Source: Pelomyxa schiedti
Lineage: Eukaryota > Protista > Evosea
Assembly (NCBI GenBank): GCA_020536535.1
Contig: JAHLWZ010000693.1
Coordinates: 72,981-136,980 of the forward strand
Direction of reading: 5' to 3'
DNA length: 64,000 bases
Position numbers and translations under genes: made by a program. The notes under the pieces are model-generated. The model had not been told where the DNA came from. It searched no databases and saw nothing but the letters and a program-made list of their open reading frames with translations. Below are positions 49,709 to 62,478 of this stretch, piece after piece. How positions within the stretch are numbered: position 1 is the stretch's first letter; each line of letters opens with the position of its first letter.

Positions 49709-52700
49709 CTACACTCTGTTTGCTTGGTTTTGTGTTGGGAAGCGGTATGGTGCTGTGTGGTGTGTGGCGTGGTGTGAATTGGTGAGTGTTGCGCTGCCAC
49801 TGTTTGATACTGATGACGATGAGGAGGCATTTGCACTCGGGGGTGTGGTGCGGTTTCTGAGGTGCAGGGGTGTTGTGGTTGTGGTCGTGGTCGTGGTAGT
49901 AGTTGTTGGTGTGGGACGGGAAGGTTGTGTTGTAAGTGGAGGCGCGGCTACGATGGAGACTGGGCGTTGTGGGAGTGGTGGAAGAGTGGAAGCAGGTAAG
50001 TTACTTGGAGCAGAAGAAGCATCGGTTTTGCGGGTGGTTGGGGGTCTTCGGTCTGTTCTGGGGGTTGGGGTTTCCCCGAGCCGTGTCATCAGGTCGATAA
50101 TTTCTTGCTCACTCCACCCGACAGCGGAGTCAATGCGGGGAGTACTGGTTACGATGGCCTGAGGTGCTTCAATGTCAACTGCTGTCTGCCTTCCTCATTA
50201 CTTCTCAGGATGTATAAAGGTGGAGAATACGTTGGGTATCTGGTCAATTCGTAGTCTAGGAACCTTCTGAAGAGACCTCTTTGCATTGACCACAGCAGCT
50301 TGCAAATTATTGGGGGAAGAAGAAATTGCCTGAGAGATAACTTGAGCAGCCCTGTTTTCCGCGACTGCCAGCAGCAAGGTAAGGATGTGCAAAGAATCAA
50401 AAAGGATGAATAAAATCAAACCAAACACCGGTTTCACAGGCGGCTGCGACAATATAAGTAGGAAGATCGATTGCATCAGCTAGAGGAATGAACCGGCCCT
50501 GCGTAAAGTCTGACACCTGCGTGTAGTAATCTTATTCAAAGAGGGACATTAGAAACGAACGAAGAAGGAGATGGAAATACACGCTGTTTGAGGAAAATAA
50601 TCTATTCCAAATTCAGATCCAAGGCAACCAATGATGTAGACCCGGGCATTTATATTACTTAGGTACAAACAAGAATCAACAACATCACGTCCACATGGGC
50701 AACCTGGGGGGTGTTTGCGAATTAAGAGAGGTACAAAGAGATACCATCGCTATAATTATCGCACTCTGGGCCAATTCCATCAAGGCCATGTGGAGGGGCA
50801 TCCGTGACTAGGACAACAAATTTTATTGCATCCGACCACTCAAGTTGAGTTACTAAGTCCATCCCATCTGAGACAGCCTCGGGAATGTCACCTCCGCCAT
50901 CAGCTTGAAGTAGAGCAAGGCAAGACTCTATTTGACTTACATCCGAGGTGAAGGGTGAAATTATAGAACCTTAGTTTGTGAGATAGTGGCAGGGAAAAAG
51001 TGTGTACCAGCACTATCGAAAGTGGATTGTGATTCGGATTCAGGAGGTGGATGATCACCAAAAATCACAAGAGCCATACGAAGGGATACATGCTCAGTTT
51101 CCCTGAGCTGAAAGATAATTAATAACATTAAATGGGACAGTAGGTACTGTTTGTATCATAGATCTTATTTTCAATGTAACGGAGTCAATGTAAGGTTGCA
51201 TGGAACCGGTGCAATCCATGCAAAAAGCAATGTCAAGTTTGGTAATATCCATTTGTGCAGCTGCTTTTTGCCTGGGTGTTTGAGGGGGTGCAACAAAGTC
51301 TGGTCCGGCAGATACAGGTGAAACTAAATTGGATTTTGGGGGACCACGCTCAGTGTTTTGCTCCAGTGACTTGGGAGGAGACATAGTTGGTGGAATTGAA
51401 TTTGGAGTCTGATTCACCACCTCAAATTGGGGCACAGTTTGCTCCACTGGTAACTCGTTTTCATGTTCCATGCTCAATAAAATTGCTCTTTTTGTATCCT
51501 CATCCAGTTGCTCCAAGTCTTCCTCGAAGGCAGAAGTCTCCTTCACTTCACTTTTTACACTGGGTTCTGGGATGGAGACTTGAGGAGATGTCGAAGGTGG
51601 AGGGGGCACAGTTTTAGGGGAATTTGGGGTCATTGACGGGTCTGGAGGTTTTGAGAGTGATGTACGCGGAGAAATTAATGTACGGCTTTGAGTTCGGCTA
51701 GTTGTCACATGTGAGTGAGGAGCCTTGGGGCTTGGCTGTGGTATTGTGTGGTCATTGCTTGGAGCTGTTAAAGGCTCAAAGGATCTTGTGTGATCGATGT
51801 CGGGAGAAATTTGAGCATTAAATGAAGGCTTCTGTGTACTCAAGGGCTCCACTGGGGGAAGTGGCTCGTGATGTACCACTGCTGACTGCGGAGTATCTGA
51901 AAGGTGGTGAGAATGCAAGTTCTCCGATTCTTCGATTTGATGAGATGTCAGGGGGCTATCTTTAGTATTAATTTCGTGAGCTTCTTCCTGTTGTGGGGTA
52001 GTTCTTCTGGGGGTGGCTCTTGAGCTATTTCTTTGGGAATCTCTTGGAGTACTGCGAGGGGTTCCTCTTTGAGTGCTTGGGGTACTTCTTGTGGGTTCTC
52101 GTGCTTTTGTCAGGGTGTCTCTAGGCGTTGCTTTTGCAGTGGTCACCCTAGGGCTGCTTCTTGCGGTATCTCTTGCAACTCCTCTTGTAGAAGTTGGTGC
52201 AGGGTTACTACTAGGCGGTTCCCTTGTAGTATTTCTTGGCGTTTGTTTTTGTGTACTTGGCGGTATTTCCTCATTATGATGTTCTCTCCTGCTATCTTGA
52301 GGCGCGGTACTGTTACGAGCAGAAGAAGGGTGCTGGGTATTTTCATTTTTGGAAATGAGGTGTCCATTTGTTGGTAATGATGAAGAGGGTGTATGTGGAG
52401 AAGGTGGTGCGGTTGGGGAAGTCGTTCCCTCTTCAGATTTCGTGGAACTTTCAGGAGGTTTCTGGGTTTGCTATTTATCTGTTAGTACTTGTTCCCACAT
52501 TCCAACCCCACCCATTTTTTTTTAAAAAGGAAAAAGACCAGCTGTAAAACTAGAAGTTCGAGCTGCTTATATTTCTCTTTTAACTCAGCAAGTTCTTCTT
52601 CAGCACTTGTTGCTTTTATTTGAGGGGGAGGGGTTTGCCTCGTTCGTGCACGTTTTTGTTGGAAAGCATTATGCCACAAACTAACATAAAGTGCTATGGC

Positions 52701-53949
52701 TCTCTCATCAGTCTGATGAAGGAATATCAATTACAAGATATTACGAAATGCGCACATTTCCCACGGCAAAGTCAGTAACCTCCAGTAGGCGCGGAATTCC
52801 CATTTCGTCTTCAGCATATTTAATTGCTCTTGCAAGTCTTTCCCTTGGTTGGATCTGAGACTGTTGTTATGTTTGTTTGTTGAATAGTCATACCTCGAGT
52901 AAATCCTGCCAGGAAGCGCCAGATATGTCACCAAGTCCGTGCAGATGAGCGAGAGCTGCTAGCACAGATCCATCAGAAAAACTTTTGTGTGTTACAAGTC
53001 AGGAGATTGAAAGGCACCACAACCTATGTTTGAAGCCAGTAACTGTGACTCCATATCTATGGTTTTTTTAAAGATGAAAGGAGCTACAATCACACACCTA
53101 CTGGTGGTTCGCTTCACCCATTCCAATAACGCTTCTTCTGGTCCTGCAAAGAATTAGAATGAACTGTGTGTGTAACTGCCAACCTGATTTGCTTGAATGT
53201 GGACACATGCTAAATGAACGATACAATTGCCATAAGAGTCCAAGTGCCATCTTGTTGTTGCTTCCAATATCAACTATTTCTGCAGAAGCGAGATGTGAAT
53301 CTGGAGGACCAGTTTACAAGGGCAGAATTTCTACCGTCAGGGTTGTATCCTTTAATTCCCGTGTGTCGTGTAATAAAATCCAACACGATATTGCAATTGG
53401 CCAGGCACTGGATTCTAGTAGAAGCAGGCTTCACGCTCCTCAATTGGTGATGCAGTTGCTGCCTCCAGGCCACAACTGGTGTACTCCCCTGGAGTGTAGG
53501 GTTGACGACTCGAGGTGTACTCCCATCAGCAGATATTGCAGAGAGAGGATAATTTCCAGTACTGCTGCCGGTTCTATTGCTGCTGCTCCCGTCAGTACTG
53601 TTTGAGGTGGTAACAGCAGATTGAGCCATGCTGCGGTGGATTCTGCGTGCAACAAGCGTTTCAACCAACGACGCAAGTGCAACACCATCCACAAGGTCCC
53701 GCGAAAGATCTGTGACGGTGATGCCATTACGAGCTACTGTCTCAGACACCCATCTAGTGAACACCTGTCGGTTTGTTTTTTTTTAGTTTGTTGTGAAACG
53801 GCACTGGGTTTTTCATTTCCAAGTGACAGGCCGGGGAATCACGTACTTGAATTTGAATTTCGATCCACTGTTACTTCGGTGAGATGAAGTAGGCCAACTT
53901 CAAGGAAAAAGATGTACGGTACCTTGTGCTCTTTGCTGTTATCCACCAT
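49709..53949 (-). CDS. Actinin-type tandem CH actin-binding domain + coiled coil + S/T/P/R linker + UIM + vWA domain protein
   Basis: VFTRWV..DLVDGVALASLVE (CH1); ALLEWV, SFSDG..AL.H, DERAIALYVS (CH2); DEDTKRAILLSME (UIM); LDIAFCMDCTGSM, GGGDIPEAV, LEW, LVTDAPPHG (vWA). Splicing of all parts into one gene is inferred. Confidence 0.7.
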
Positions 53950-54047
53950 CGATTAATTCAATCAACCTTTCTTCGGCGAAGCAAACTAAGTTGGAGCAAA
54001 GATGCAAAAACAGAGGAGAATGGTTGTATTGTTTTGCTCTTTGTAAA

Positions 54048-56327
54048 TCATTCAGAGGAAGAAGAGGCAAAGGAAGGGAGGACAGAGCAAAGCCAGAGGT
54101 AAGTCTCCCATGTTGGGTCAACGCCATCCTGCTGGAAGTACTCCGCAACCATTTCTTTGGTGACACCCACCTGCCTCATTGTGTGCTCAATGTGAAGAGG
54201 TGTTACTGTTGCCAACGGCATGAAGTGCTGGCAGACAAGTTCGGGAGTCATTTCTGGGAATAGAGAGAGGAGCATCTTCCATGTGGAGACCTTTGTGGAA
54301 ATCCCAGAACCTGGGTCATATTTGGTGTCCCACATTGTGGCCACCTGTTGTGAGTAAGTAGTGAAGAAAGAACGAACCGATGTCCGCACCTCACTCAGAG
54401 TGATGTTGAATTTGTGGATTAACCACTCTGTACACTTCGTTTTGCTGCTGCAAATCAAGATGAATAACAGATGGTTTCCATTCATTCTGATCTGCTCCTC
54501 GGTCAAGTTGAATTCCTGTACAAGCCATTTCACAGCTTTCCCGGACTGTACGCAACAAATTATGCTTTCTGAAATATCACTTGCCACATCAGAGGCAGAG
54601 AAGTTCATCAATGACACCAGCTGTTTCACGTCAGAGAGGCCATAAAATCCAATGGCCCCCGACAGTGTAGCATGCAAGTTGTTAGTGGGCTTGATATTGA
54701 ATATATTGGAAAGGGCCAAGTAGAGGTTGAGGTTATCATGGCACCTTGCATCTTCTATCGCCTTGGGAAGTGACTGTTCAAAGAAGTTTTTCGGGTTTGC
54801 ATGTGAAACAAACCACTTCAGCCCTTCAATGCACTCTTGACCACTCCACTTTCCTTTGCAGAGGATGGATCCCAAAGTCTCAGCTGTACAGAGTGGAGTG
54901 GCGTTGACAGTTTCCATCACATGGAAAGTCTCTTCTAGCCAATCAGCGATTGAAGTGTTGCTACAGGCCAGAGCTTCAACAAGACACTCTACTTGGTGTT
55001 TTATGGAACAGTCCCTAATAGGAAGGGCCAGGAGAAATTTTGGAATTTTCACACTGTCATGCTTGTTTCCACAAGCTATTATGAAACTATTAACGGAAAT
55101 GGATCCTAGGGAAGAACCAAAGTGCTGGAGCAACCATTGAATTGGTTCGATTTCTGCACTCTGTCGGCAGATCAAGTCCAGAGTCTCTTTTGTTGGGTCA
55201 AGAGAGAAAGCCTCTAATAACCATTGATGGGCGTCTACGTTGTGGATATATCCAAATAAACCCTGAATAGTGCTTCGGAATTTAGTCACCGTTCTGTCCT
55301 TTATCCACTGTAAGCTTTCAGTGAGTTCACTTCCAGTTAGTTTTGTGCCATTTGCAAAGTTCACATTGTCAACAACAGATAAGGTTCCTGTGTGGTTAAA
55401 CCAGGAATGCCAGCACTTCACTACTTCCAGGTTCCCACTTTTGAGAGCCTGTTCGTCAAGAACCAGTCGCTCTCGGGGCTTGGTTGTAGTAAGCAGTTTT
55501 CTGCACGATTCCACCACATCGGTGTTGTCAGCCATCCACCTAATAATTTCAGGGTATCCCCTGCGCATTGCAGTACGAAAAGGCCTGATAAATTCCCAGG
55601 GCCGGTCCGCTCCTAGCAGTGAAGTCGCCCACCGGACACTGTCAACATTCCCGCCGCGGCATGCCTCATTCAGCAGCTTCCTTGTTTCAGGTAAGTAACC
55701 ACCGAATGGCCACCTGAGCAACCCTCCCATCTGTGGGCAATCCCCACTCCCCACCAATGCCTGTGCCATACCAATGTGTCCACCTTTGGTTATTTTTTTT
55801 TTTTGGTCAAAAGTATACAATGGAGGTTGTAAAATCCAATGGAATGTAGTTCAGAACCACCCCAACACACCCCGGCACAGTCCAGCCAGCACAGCCAGGC
55901 ACTCCTTCTCGTTGTTCCCCGCCCCAGCCCCAGCCCCAGCCCCCGCGCCTCCCACTCCCCCTCCCCCTCCCAGGGACCCCTCCCGGTGCCGCCTCAGCAT
56001 CCACTCCACGCACCTGCGGCTCCCAGCCTCCGCGGCGCACCCGAGCCAGTAGTAGCGCGAGGTGTAGAGCTTAAGGTACAGCTCCTCCTTCTCCCAGTAC
56101 ACCCGGCCGGAGCCGGTTACGGCGCGGCAGGCCAGCGCCAGCAGCGGGAACAGGGCCTCGGACAGCCCCAGGACCCACACGCCCGTGGGCCGGTCCAGGA
56201 CCCTCTGGAGCCTGCCCTCGTGGCTGTAGTGCACCTTGCCCCGGCCTGTCACGAACGGAACCACAACAAACTCCCACACAACGCGCGAGATGTGGACTAT
56301 GCGTTGTGCCTCCTGCCTGTTGTTCAT
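54048..56327 (-). CDS. Intron-poor ankyrin-like/helical repeat protein
   Basis: ORF 55851..56327 splices at GLCRG|GHIGMAQ into the 590-aa ORF; repeats ACRGGNVDSVRW, ALKSGNLEVVKCW, ALACSNTSIADWL. Confidence 0.65.
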
Positions 56328-56431
56328 TGAATGTCTGCGTCGAATCGGTTCCGTAGCGATCAGGGAGAATCCGGGCCAAGAACAGAAGCAGAAAATCAAG
56401 AAACAGGAGGGGAGCAGACGAGGCCGAGGCA

Positions 56432-59138
56432 ATGGGCGAGGTGCACTGCTTCCTGGTGTTCAGTCTGGACTACGAGTGGGAGGCGGAGCTCGAGGCGGAC
56501 GGGACGCGGCGGCGCGGCAACAAGGGGGAGCCGCGGCGGCACGCAGGGTTCGACCGCTGGCGCGGGTTGTCGGCCGCGTCGGGGGTGGCGTTCATCAAGG
56601 AGCACTGGCTGCACTCCTCGGTCACGGTGGCGGCGCCGGGGACCTCGCTGGCCGCCGCGGTGCGCGGTTATGGGCGCACTGGCAGGGTCCACGCCTTCGT
56701 GGTGTCCCATAAGTGGAGGGAGAGAGATTCGGTGCTTGCTCCTACAAAGTACGCAGCTAGTGTACCTGAAGCTGAGGCTGAACCCGCACCCGCACCCGAG
56801 CCTGAGCCTGGGTCTGGGTCTGAGCCTGAGGTTGATGCTGATGCTCAGGCTGAGAACATTCCAAATGAACCTGGGAATGCGAGCGCATCTAATACTACTT
56901 CCACGTCTGTTTCGGAGACACACCCATCGTGCGGCGCCGACGAGACACCCGCGGCTCGCAGCGAAATTGTGGGACCTGAGAGCGCTGCACCTGATGAGGT
57001 TCTGGGCCAGATCCCTACAGTTGCAAATGATGGAAAGAAGAAAAAGAGGAGGAGGCGCAACAAACATAAAAAAAAGGCCACTACACTCGATTACCAACAA
57101 AAGTGGGACCTGGAACACCAGTTTCCCCTGATTTTTCACTCTTGGGGTCCAGAATCTCCTCCGGTTCGACTTGGGTCTTTGGAGGAAATCGAGGAGTTAC
57201 TTGCTCAGAAAGAGAATGACATGTCCCTGTATGACTTGGTTATGCAAAGATGCCCACCTCCAGCAAAGAGGAAGCCCAAGACACATGAATGCGTAGTAAA
57301 ACCTTTAGTAAGCATTCTGACCAAACGGTTTATCGATGACTTAATTCGTGCGAATTAGGCACCACCGAAATGGGAGCACCTGGAAAATGGAAGCTGGCTC
57401 AAGTACGACCCAGTAACAGTAAATCTTCTAAATTCCGCTCTGGAGTTGGGAACACCTTCGGTAGCATTATCCCATGGGGAATTTGCAGACAAATGGGGTG
57501 GAATCAACATAAGTTTGTGCACAATGCAGCAGACCAGCCGGTCCGGCAGAGCTAGGCGTATCAGGTTTGATTTCTATTATATCGAATTTATAATGGCAAA
57601 TAGATATGTGGGAAGTGACACAAAAATCCGACCATATTTGCCACCCACACTGCCGAAATGCTTGTATGGAATGAAATCTACTGATAACCTGAATCCATTG
57701 AGGCAAGAGATATGCCAGAAGTTGCTGGTTCCTCTCCGCTATAAGTAAGCTCCCTGTCCAAATTCTTCATTTTAATTACATCCAGATGCCTTCTTCTCAA
57801 ATTACCAGACGACATTCTAATAACCATTTTTTGCTTCATGGTACCAGAAGCAAATTGTCACTGCCACCAGGGGAAGGTGCATCGCCCTCTTTGTTGGAGA
57901 GACTAAGAACGTTTTGAATTCAAGATATTGGCAGAGATGGCAGCATATATGTTCTGTAACCTAGAACTGGTGTGCACGAGATTTGGCAGGAAGCGCCCCG
58001 ATGGAGACAGCCTAGTTGATCGAGCAGCTATGCAAATATGCTTGAGCAAGTTTAATTTTGACTCACAAGAACTGTCATCCTCTTTTCTTTCCTGGAAAGA
58101 GGTACTTTTATGGCAAGATCAAGATGTTAGAGGTAAAACCCTGTACAACTCTTTTCTTTCTAATTTCTTTTTGAGATAAGCGAGGTGCTTTGAAAGAGGC
58201 ATTACATAAAATTGCCTTTGGGAGTGGACTAAGAAAAGGGTCATCTTACATAGAACCGATTTATGACGATGAAAGGGAACGTGCCAGGCAGGCAATTGTT
58301 GCTAAATTTGGGGAATTGGATACCAATATAGTTACTAGAGTAAGCTCTAGCCACTGTGAACCATTCAATAACTAAATAAATAAAAAAAAAACAGCTAAGG
58401 AGACCCCGGAACCCATGCTTTTTAGGGGACGGCACTGTGAAGATGGCACATGGAATCACCAAGTTTCTCACTCAACCCCAAAGCCTATTTTACTTGAACT
58501 AACCAATGGAAAAGGTTGGTATCTGACATTCGTCCTGGTGATGAGGTATGCACTGAATCAGGAACCAGGAAAATAAAGACAGTCATTCAAAGGCAAGTAA
58601 ATGAACACCGACCCATGGTTTTTATCAATTCGCTTGGTCTCACACCAGGACACCCCGTCCTGTATAATGGGAACTGGGCACACCCGTTTGAGATAGGCGA
58701 AGTTGTTTCTGTCTATGTTAGTACCTTATACAATTTTGAGCTAGAAGGCGGTTCGCAGGTAGTCAATACAAACAGCATATCTCAAACCAAAGCATAACAT
58801 AACAAAACAAAACAACATAGATTACGGACCACTCTGCCGTGATAAATGGCCTAGTTGTGTGTACTCTGGGAAAGGATTGTGGAGCAAGGATCAGGGAGGG
58901 CTGGCCCACAATGGATTCTGAGTATGCAACAAACAACTTGCCATCTGTTAACAACCCAACAGATACGGAACAGGATACTGGAGAGCCCAATCCAATGAGC
59001 ACTAAGCTAAGTTCTGTGGAAAGCACTGCACAAAAAAAACTTCGCGAAAGCCCAAACATTCAGCGAAACGAAAAAAATTCATGCCATCTCGAATCCCGCA
59101 AGAAAAATTTGTCTTGTGGCTGTTGCTCGACCAGTTAG
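56432..59138 (+). CDS. Multi-domain protein: unknown N-terminus, WWE domain, F-box-like segment, Hint (Hedgehog/intein, Vint-like) domain, Cys-rich tail
   Basis: WWE KWEHLENGSWLKYD..MQQ..SGRARRIR (57367-57562); LLKLPDDILITIFCF (about 57790); Hint CFLGDGTVKMAHG..IRPGDEV..LTPGHPV..LYNFEL..HSAVINGLVVCTLG (58416-58875); ends CGCCSTS*. Confidence 0.75.
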
Positions 59139-59310
59139 TTACTCTGGTGTTTGCACTTTCCAAGACCACGCAACAACACGGAACAACGGGACTCGATTGT
59201 GGGAGATTTCATGCGTGGTGCTTCGGGGGCTGAGGAGGGGGCCAAATATCGCACTCTGTCTCTAGTTGGCAGGCAAATGCTTTTGGCTTTTTTTTTTTTT
59301 TTTTTTGTAA

Positions 59311-61091
59311 ATGTCTGGCAGGTGGTTATGGGTGGCATTCACTATTATGATTGTTGGGGGTTGCTTTAATAACTATCCTACCTTGCTGCCTATTTTCCTG
59401 AGTGAAGGCTCCTTTTCGGGTTCTTGTTCTCAGCCTTTGTCAAACTCCACCTCAACATCGGCATCAACAGTTAAGGTTGGCTCTTGTTATTTTGTTCGTT
59501 TTGATATTAAGGTGCTTACTTTGTTGTCTTTACAAGGTGATGGCTTGTGATTTGCAGCTGTACCTAACAAATCTGCTCTACATTTCCGGACCATCAGTAC
59601 GTGAAATGAGTGGCATTCTTGTGGGTTATATTTTCGATAAATTTGGACGCCCTCTCCTCCTGCTTCTTTGTTGCATTACGATGCCCCTGGTAGCCGGGTG
59701 TGAAATGATCCTTGTAATTTTGTGTTTCTGATCTTTATGGCGTTTGTCAAGGAAGCTATGGCATGACAATGAGTTCGACTTCATTAAATTGGGGTGCGCA
59801 ATTCGCTATTGCAATAATTTGTTTTGCTGGGGTATATTATCACAATCACAATCTTTTTCCACTTTAACAAATAACAGGCTTCTATGGGCCAAATGGGGTT
59901 CTCCCTTATTTCCTTCTCCTTCATGAAAGAGGTTGAAGTTTCCAACTTGCAGGTATACTCGGCAGTTCACACCTGACTTTAACTTCAATTTTCTGCAGGG
60001 ACTTGCCAAGAAAATACTTGTCCCCTCTTTCATTAATGCAACAACCAACACCATCATCGATTTTTGTACATTGTATGGTGATAGGGTATTATGTTTAGAA
60101 AATCTAACAACATCACAGCACCGCATTAATACTCTCTGTTATTTACGAAAATACTACCCTTGGGTGGGGTGCTATAACCTGTATTATTGCAATATTCTAT
60201 GCACTGTCGTTGATACCCTATACCATTATGGAATGGAGAAGACCTGTATCACCGATCAATGTCCAAACATATGTTGAGACACCTGGTATGCAGGGAATCC
60301 CTTGCCAGTTTTCGTAACTATTAATAGACTCCGAGACCAAACTCAGCAAATTACAAATTATCCTGATTGTGCTGATGTTTCTATCCACCATACTCCTATG
60401 CTCTAATGCTTCCCTTATAGGATTGCAATGATCTCTTTTATTAATATGCAGACAAACCTCTATATTGCCGTGCAATACGAAATTTTGCTGGTAAACAAAC
60501 CAAATACTTCCTGATTGTTGTTCATTGCAATGAAGTGGGAATCCTATGGGGATGTGGCCATGGCAAATGACCTCTTAGAAGTTGCCTCAATAGTTTTTCC
60601 ATTTGCATTCGTTCCAAATCTCATTTTGATACCAGCACTGAGGTTTAGAACTCCCTCATACTACCAATATTCGATAACCTCTAAACAAAGGTTTGGAACC
60701 ATTCCAGTACTATTGTTCTTCCTTATTTCCGGCCCAGTATGGACTGGATGTGCACTCACCAGGGGTGTTTCCTGGCTGCAGTATATTACATTTGTTATCA
60801 TTATAACAGCCCGCACTATTGTCATAACCCTGGCTTATGAGCTTACAAAAGAACTCTTCCCCAGGAAGTACTTTGGTATGTCTTTGATTTTGAAAAGATT
60901 GTAATAATGAAATCCCAGGCAGAATAGCTCTGGGTGTTTTCTTTTTTGCAGGGCTATTTCTCATGTTGTCTGGAATTACTATTGCTGGACTTGTAATTGC
61001 CTCAGAGAGCTTTATTGCGGTGTTTGCATCGCTTGAAGTTGGGGCATTTATTTCCATCCTTCTTTTCCTCTTTGCGCGTTATGCTCATTAG
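59311..61091 (+). CDS. MFS transporter, SLC43/LAT3-like amino acid transporter
   Basis: GGCFNNYPTLLPIFLSEGSF..C..CDLQ..L..GYIFDKFG; about 12 hydrophobic segments; FP..YFG; TAG 61089-61091. Confidence 0.68.
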
Positions 61092-61298
61092 TATGTGCCC
61101 CAAATCATTTGCTGCTCTAAAACCTTCAACAGTAGGAGCCTTTTAGTAAAAGCGATACAAGAGGAGAAGGGCGCACCACTGGACTAGTACAGGTCTCAAA
61201 CTCGTTTATTCTCTAAGAAACCAAATATTGTTATTGTATAAGGGCATACTTAACACAAGAAATGAATAAACAAAAACCATTAATTTTCTGGTGTCCAC

Positions 61299-61960
61299 TC
61301 ACTCGCCAGTCTCTTCCTTTGTAGCTCTTCTAGATTTGAGCACTTCGGCAACTCTGTGGAATTTGCTTACAGAAACCGCCTGTTATTTTGGAGTGTGAAG
61401 GAAGAAAGGAGACTCTGTATCCAACCTGCATTTCTCTGTTCTTCAAAATTGCAATCTTTTCCTCTATCTTCTCCGGAGTGATTTGATCCTGGTCCAATCC
61501 AGACAGAGAATTAAGTGCCGTGTTCCGCAAAAGTTGCTCATCCCACTCCAGCTTTGTGTTTTTGAAAAAAATAAGGGGTGTTTAACCAAAATAACATTGA
61601 AACGAAGTAAAAAACCTCATCATCAGGATCGGTCTGTAATTGTGTGGTCGTGGTCGTCGCAACAATGTCTTTTGGTTTGCCTCCTCGTGAAACGGCGTCG
61701 CCCTTGTTTTGTTGTTGTTCCAAATGTCGCAATTCAGCCATTGTGATGTGCGGCGTCGGCGCGGACGTGGGCCCCGCCAACGACGCAATTATGGGGGCCG
61801 TCTTTTTCTTCTTGGAGGTGGTTGTTGACGTCGTGGAGGTTGCAGCGGCCAACGACGAAGATTTCTTGTGCTTCGGGGGTTTACTTTTGGTCTTGTGCTT
61901 GGGCGTGGTTGATGTTGTGGTCTCAGGGTCACCCGGGTCCCCTTTCTTGCTCTTTCCCAT
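61299..61960 (-). CDS. Small Lys/Thr-rich hypothetical protein
   Basis: ATG 61960 MGKSKKGD; spliced exons LEWDEQLLRNTALN..EEKIAILKNREMQ|AVSVSKF..EETGE*. Confidence 0.5.
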
Positions 61961-62114
61961 CTGCTGCCGCTATTTTTTTCCCTCTTTCTTTGGTTTTTCC
62001 AATCAATTTAAAAGAAAGGTAATCAAAAACTCTGATTCTTGGGGTTGTTGATGCAGACACAGGTGATTCCAGGGAGTGCCAAGAAACCCGCGTTAGTTGT
62101 TGAGTTGGATGAAC

Positions 62115-62360
62115 TTATTTTGAAAGCTTGGACTTGACCAGGGTCACTACATTTGCCACAGTTGTGGCACGTGAGCCCTCTGCGGCAGGGATCGTGATGT
62201 GGTAGTACGCTTCCAGCTCCCTGCAGATTTCCACGAGACAGAGGCTGTCGGCTCCAAGGTCACCCACAAGCGTCGCTTCTGCTGTAATACGCGTTTCTTG
62301 TAGGCCGAGGACCCGACACAGAATATGGGAAACTGTCGTATCCACCCCCACAGAACTCAT
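62115..62360 (-). CDS. acpP: Stand-alone acyl carrier protein (81 aa from the first in-frame ATG)
   Basis: MSSVGVDTTVSHILCRVLGL..ITAEATLVGDLGADSLCLVEICRELE..ITIP..TTV; GADSL phosphopantetheine site (Ser 62244-62246); colinear with E. coli-type ACP. Confidence 0.88.
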   Translation of the reverse strand: MSSVGVDTTVSHILCRVLGLQETRITAEATLVGDLGADSLCLVEICRELEAYYHITIPAAEGSRATTVANVVTLVKSKLSK

Positions 62361-62478
62361 CAACGATAACGGTCGGAGGCTTGATTGGTTGGAAAAAATC
62401 AGAGAAGTCCGAGTCAACGAAAATCACAACAATTTTCCTTTTGGCAAACTCTAGGCACACTACACTTAGGTGTGTATC

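Noticed and set aside
59151-59310. Possible extra 5' exon for the SLC43-like transporter
   Set aside because: No convincing in-frame splice to ATG 59311 could be established by eye; left unannotated.
61299-61960. Protein phosphatase inhibitor-2 homolog (WDE motif)
   Set aside because: Only LEWDEQ resembles it; other IPP-2 motifs were not seen.
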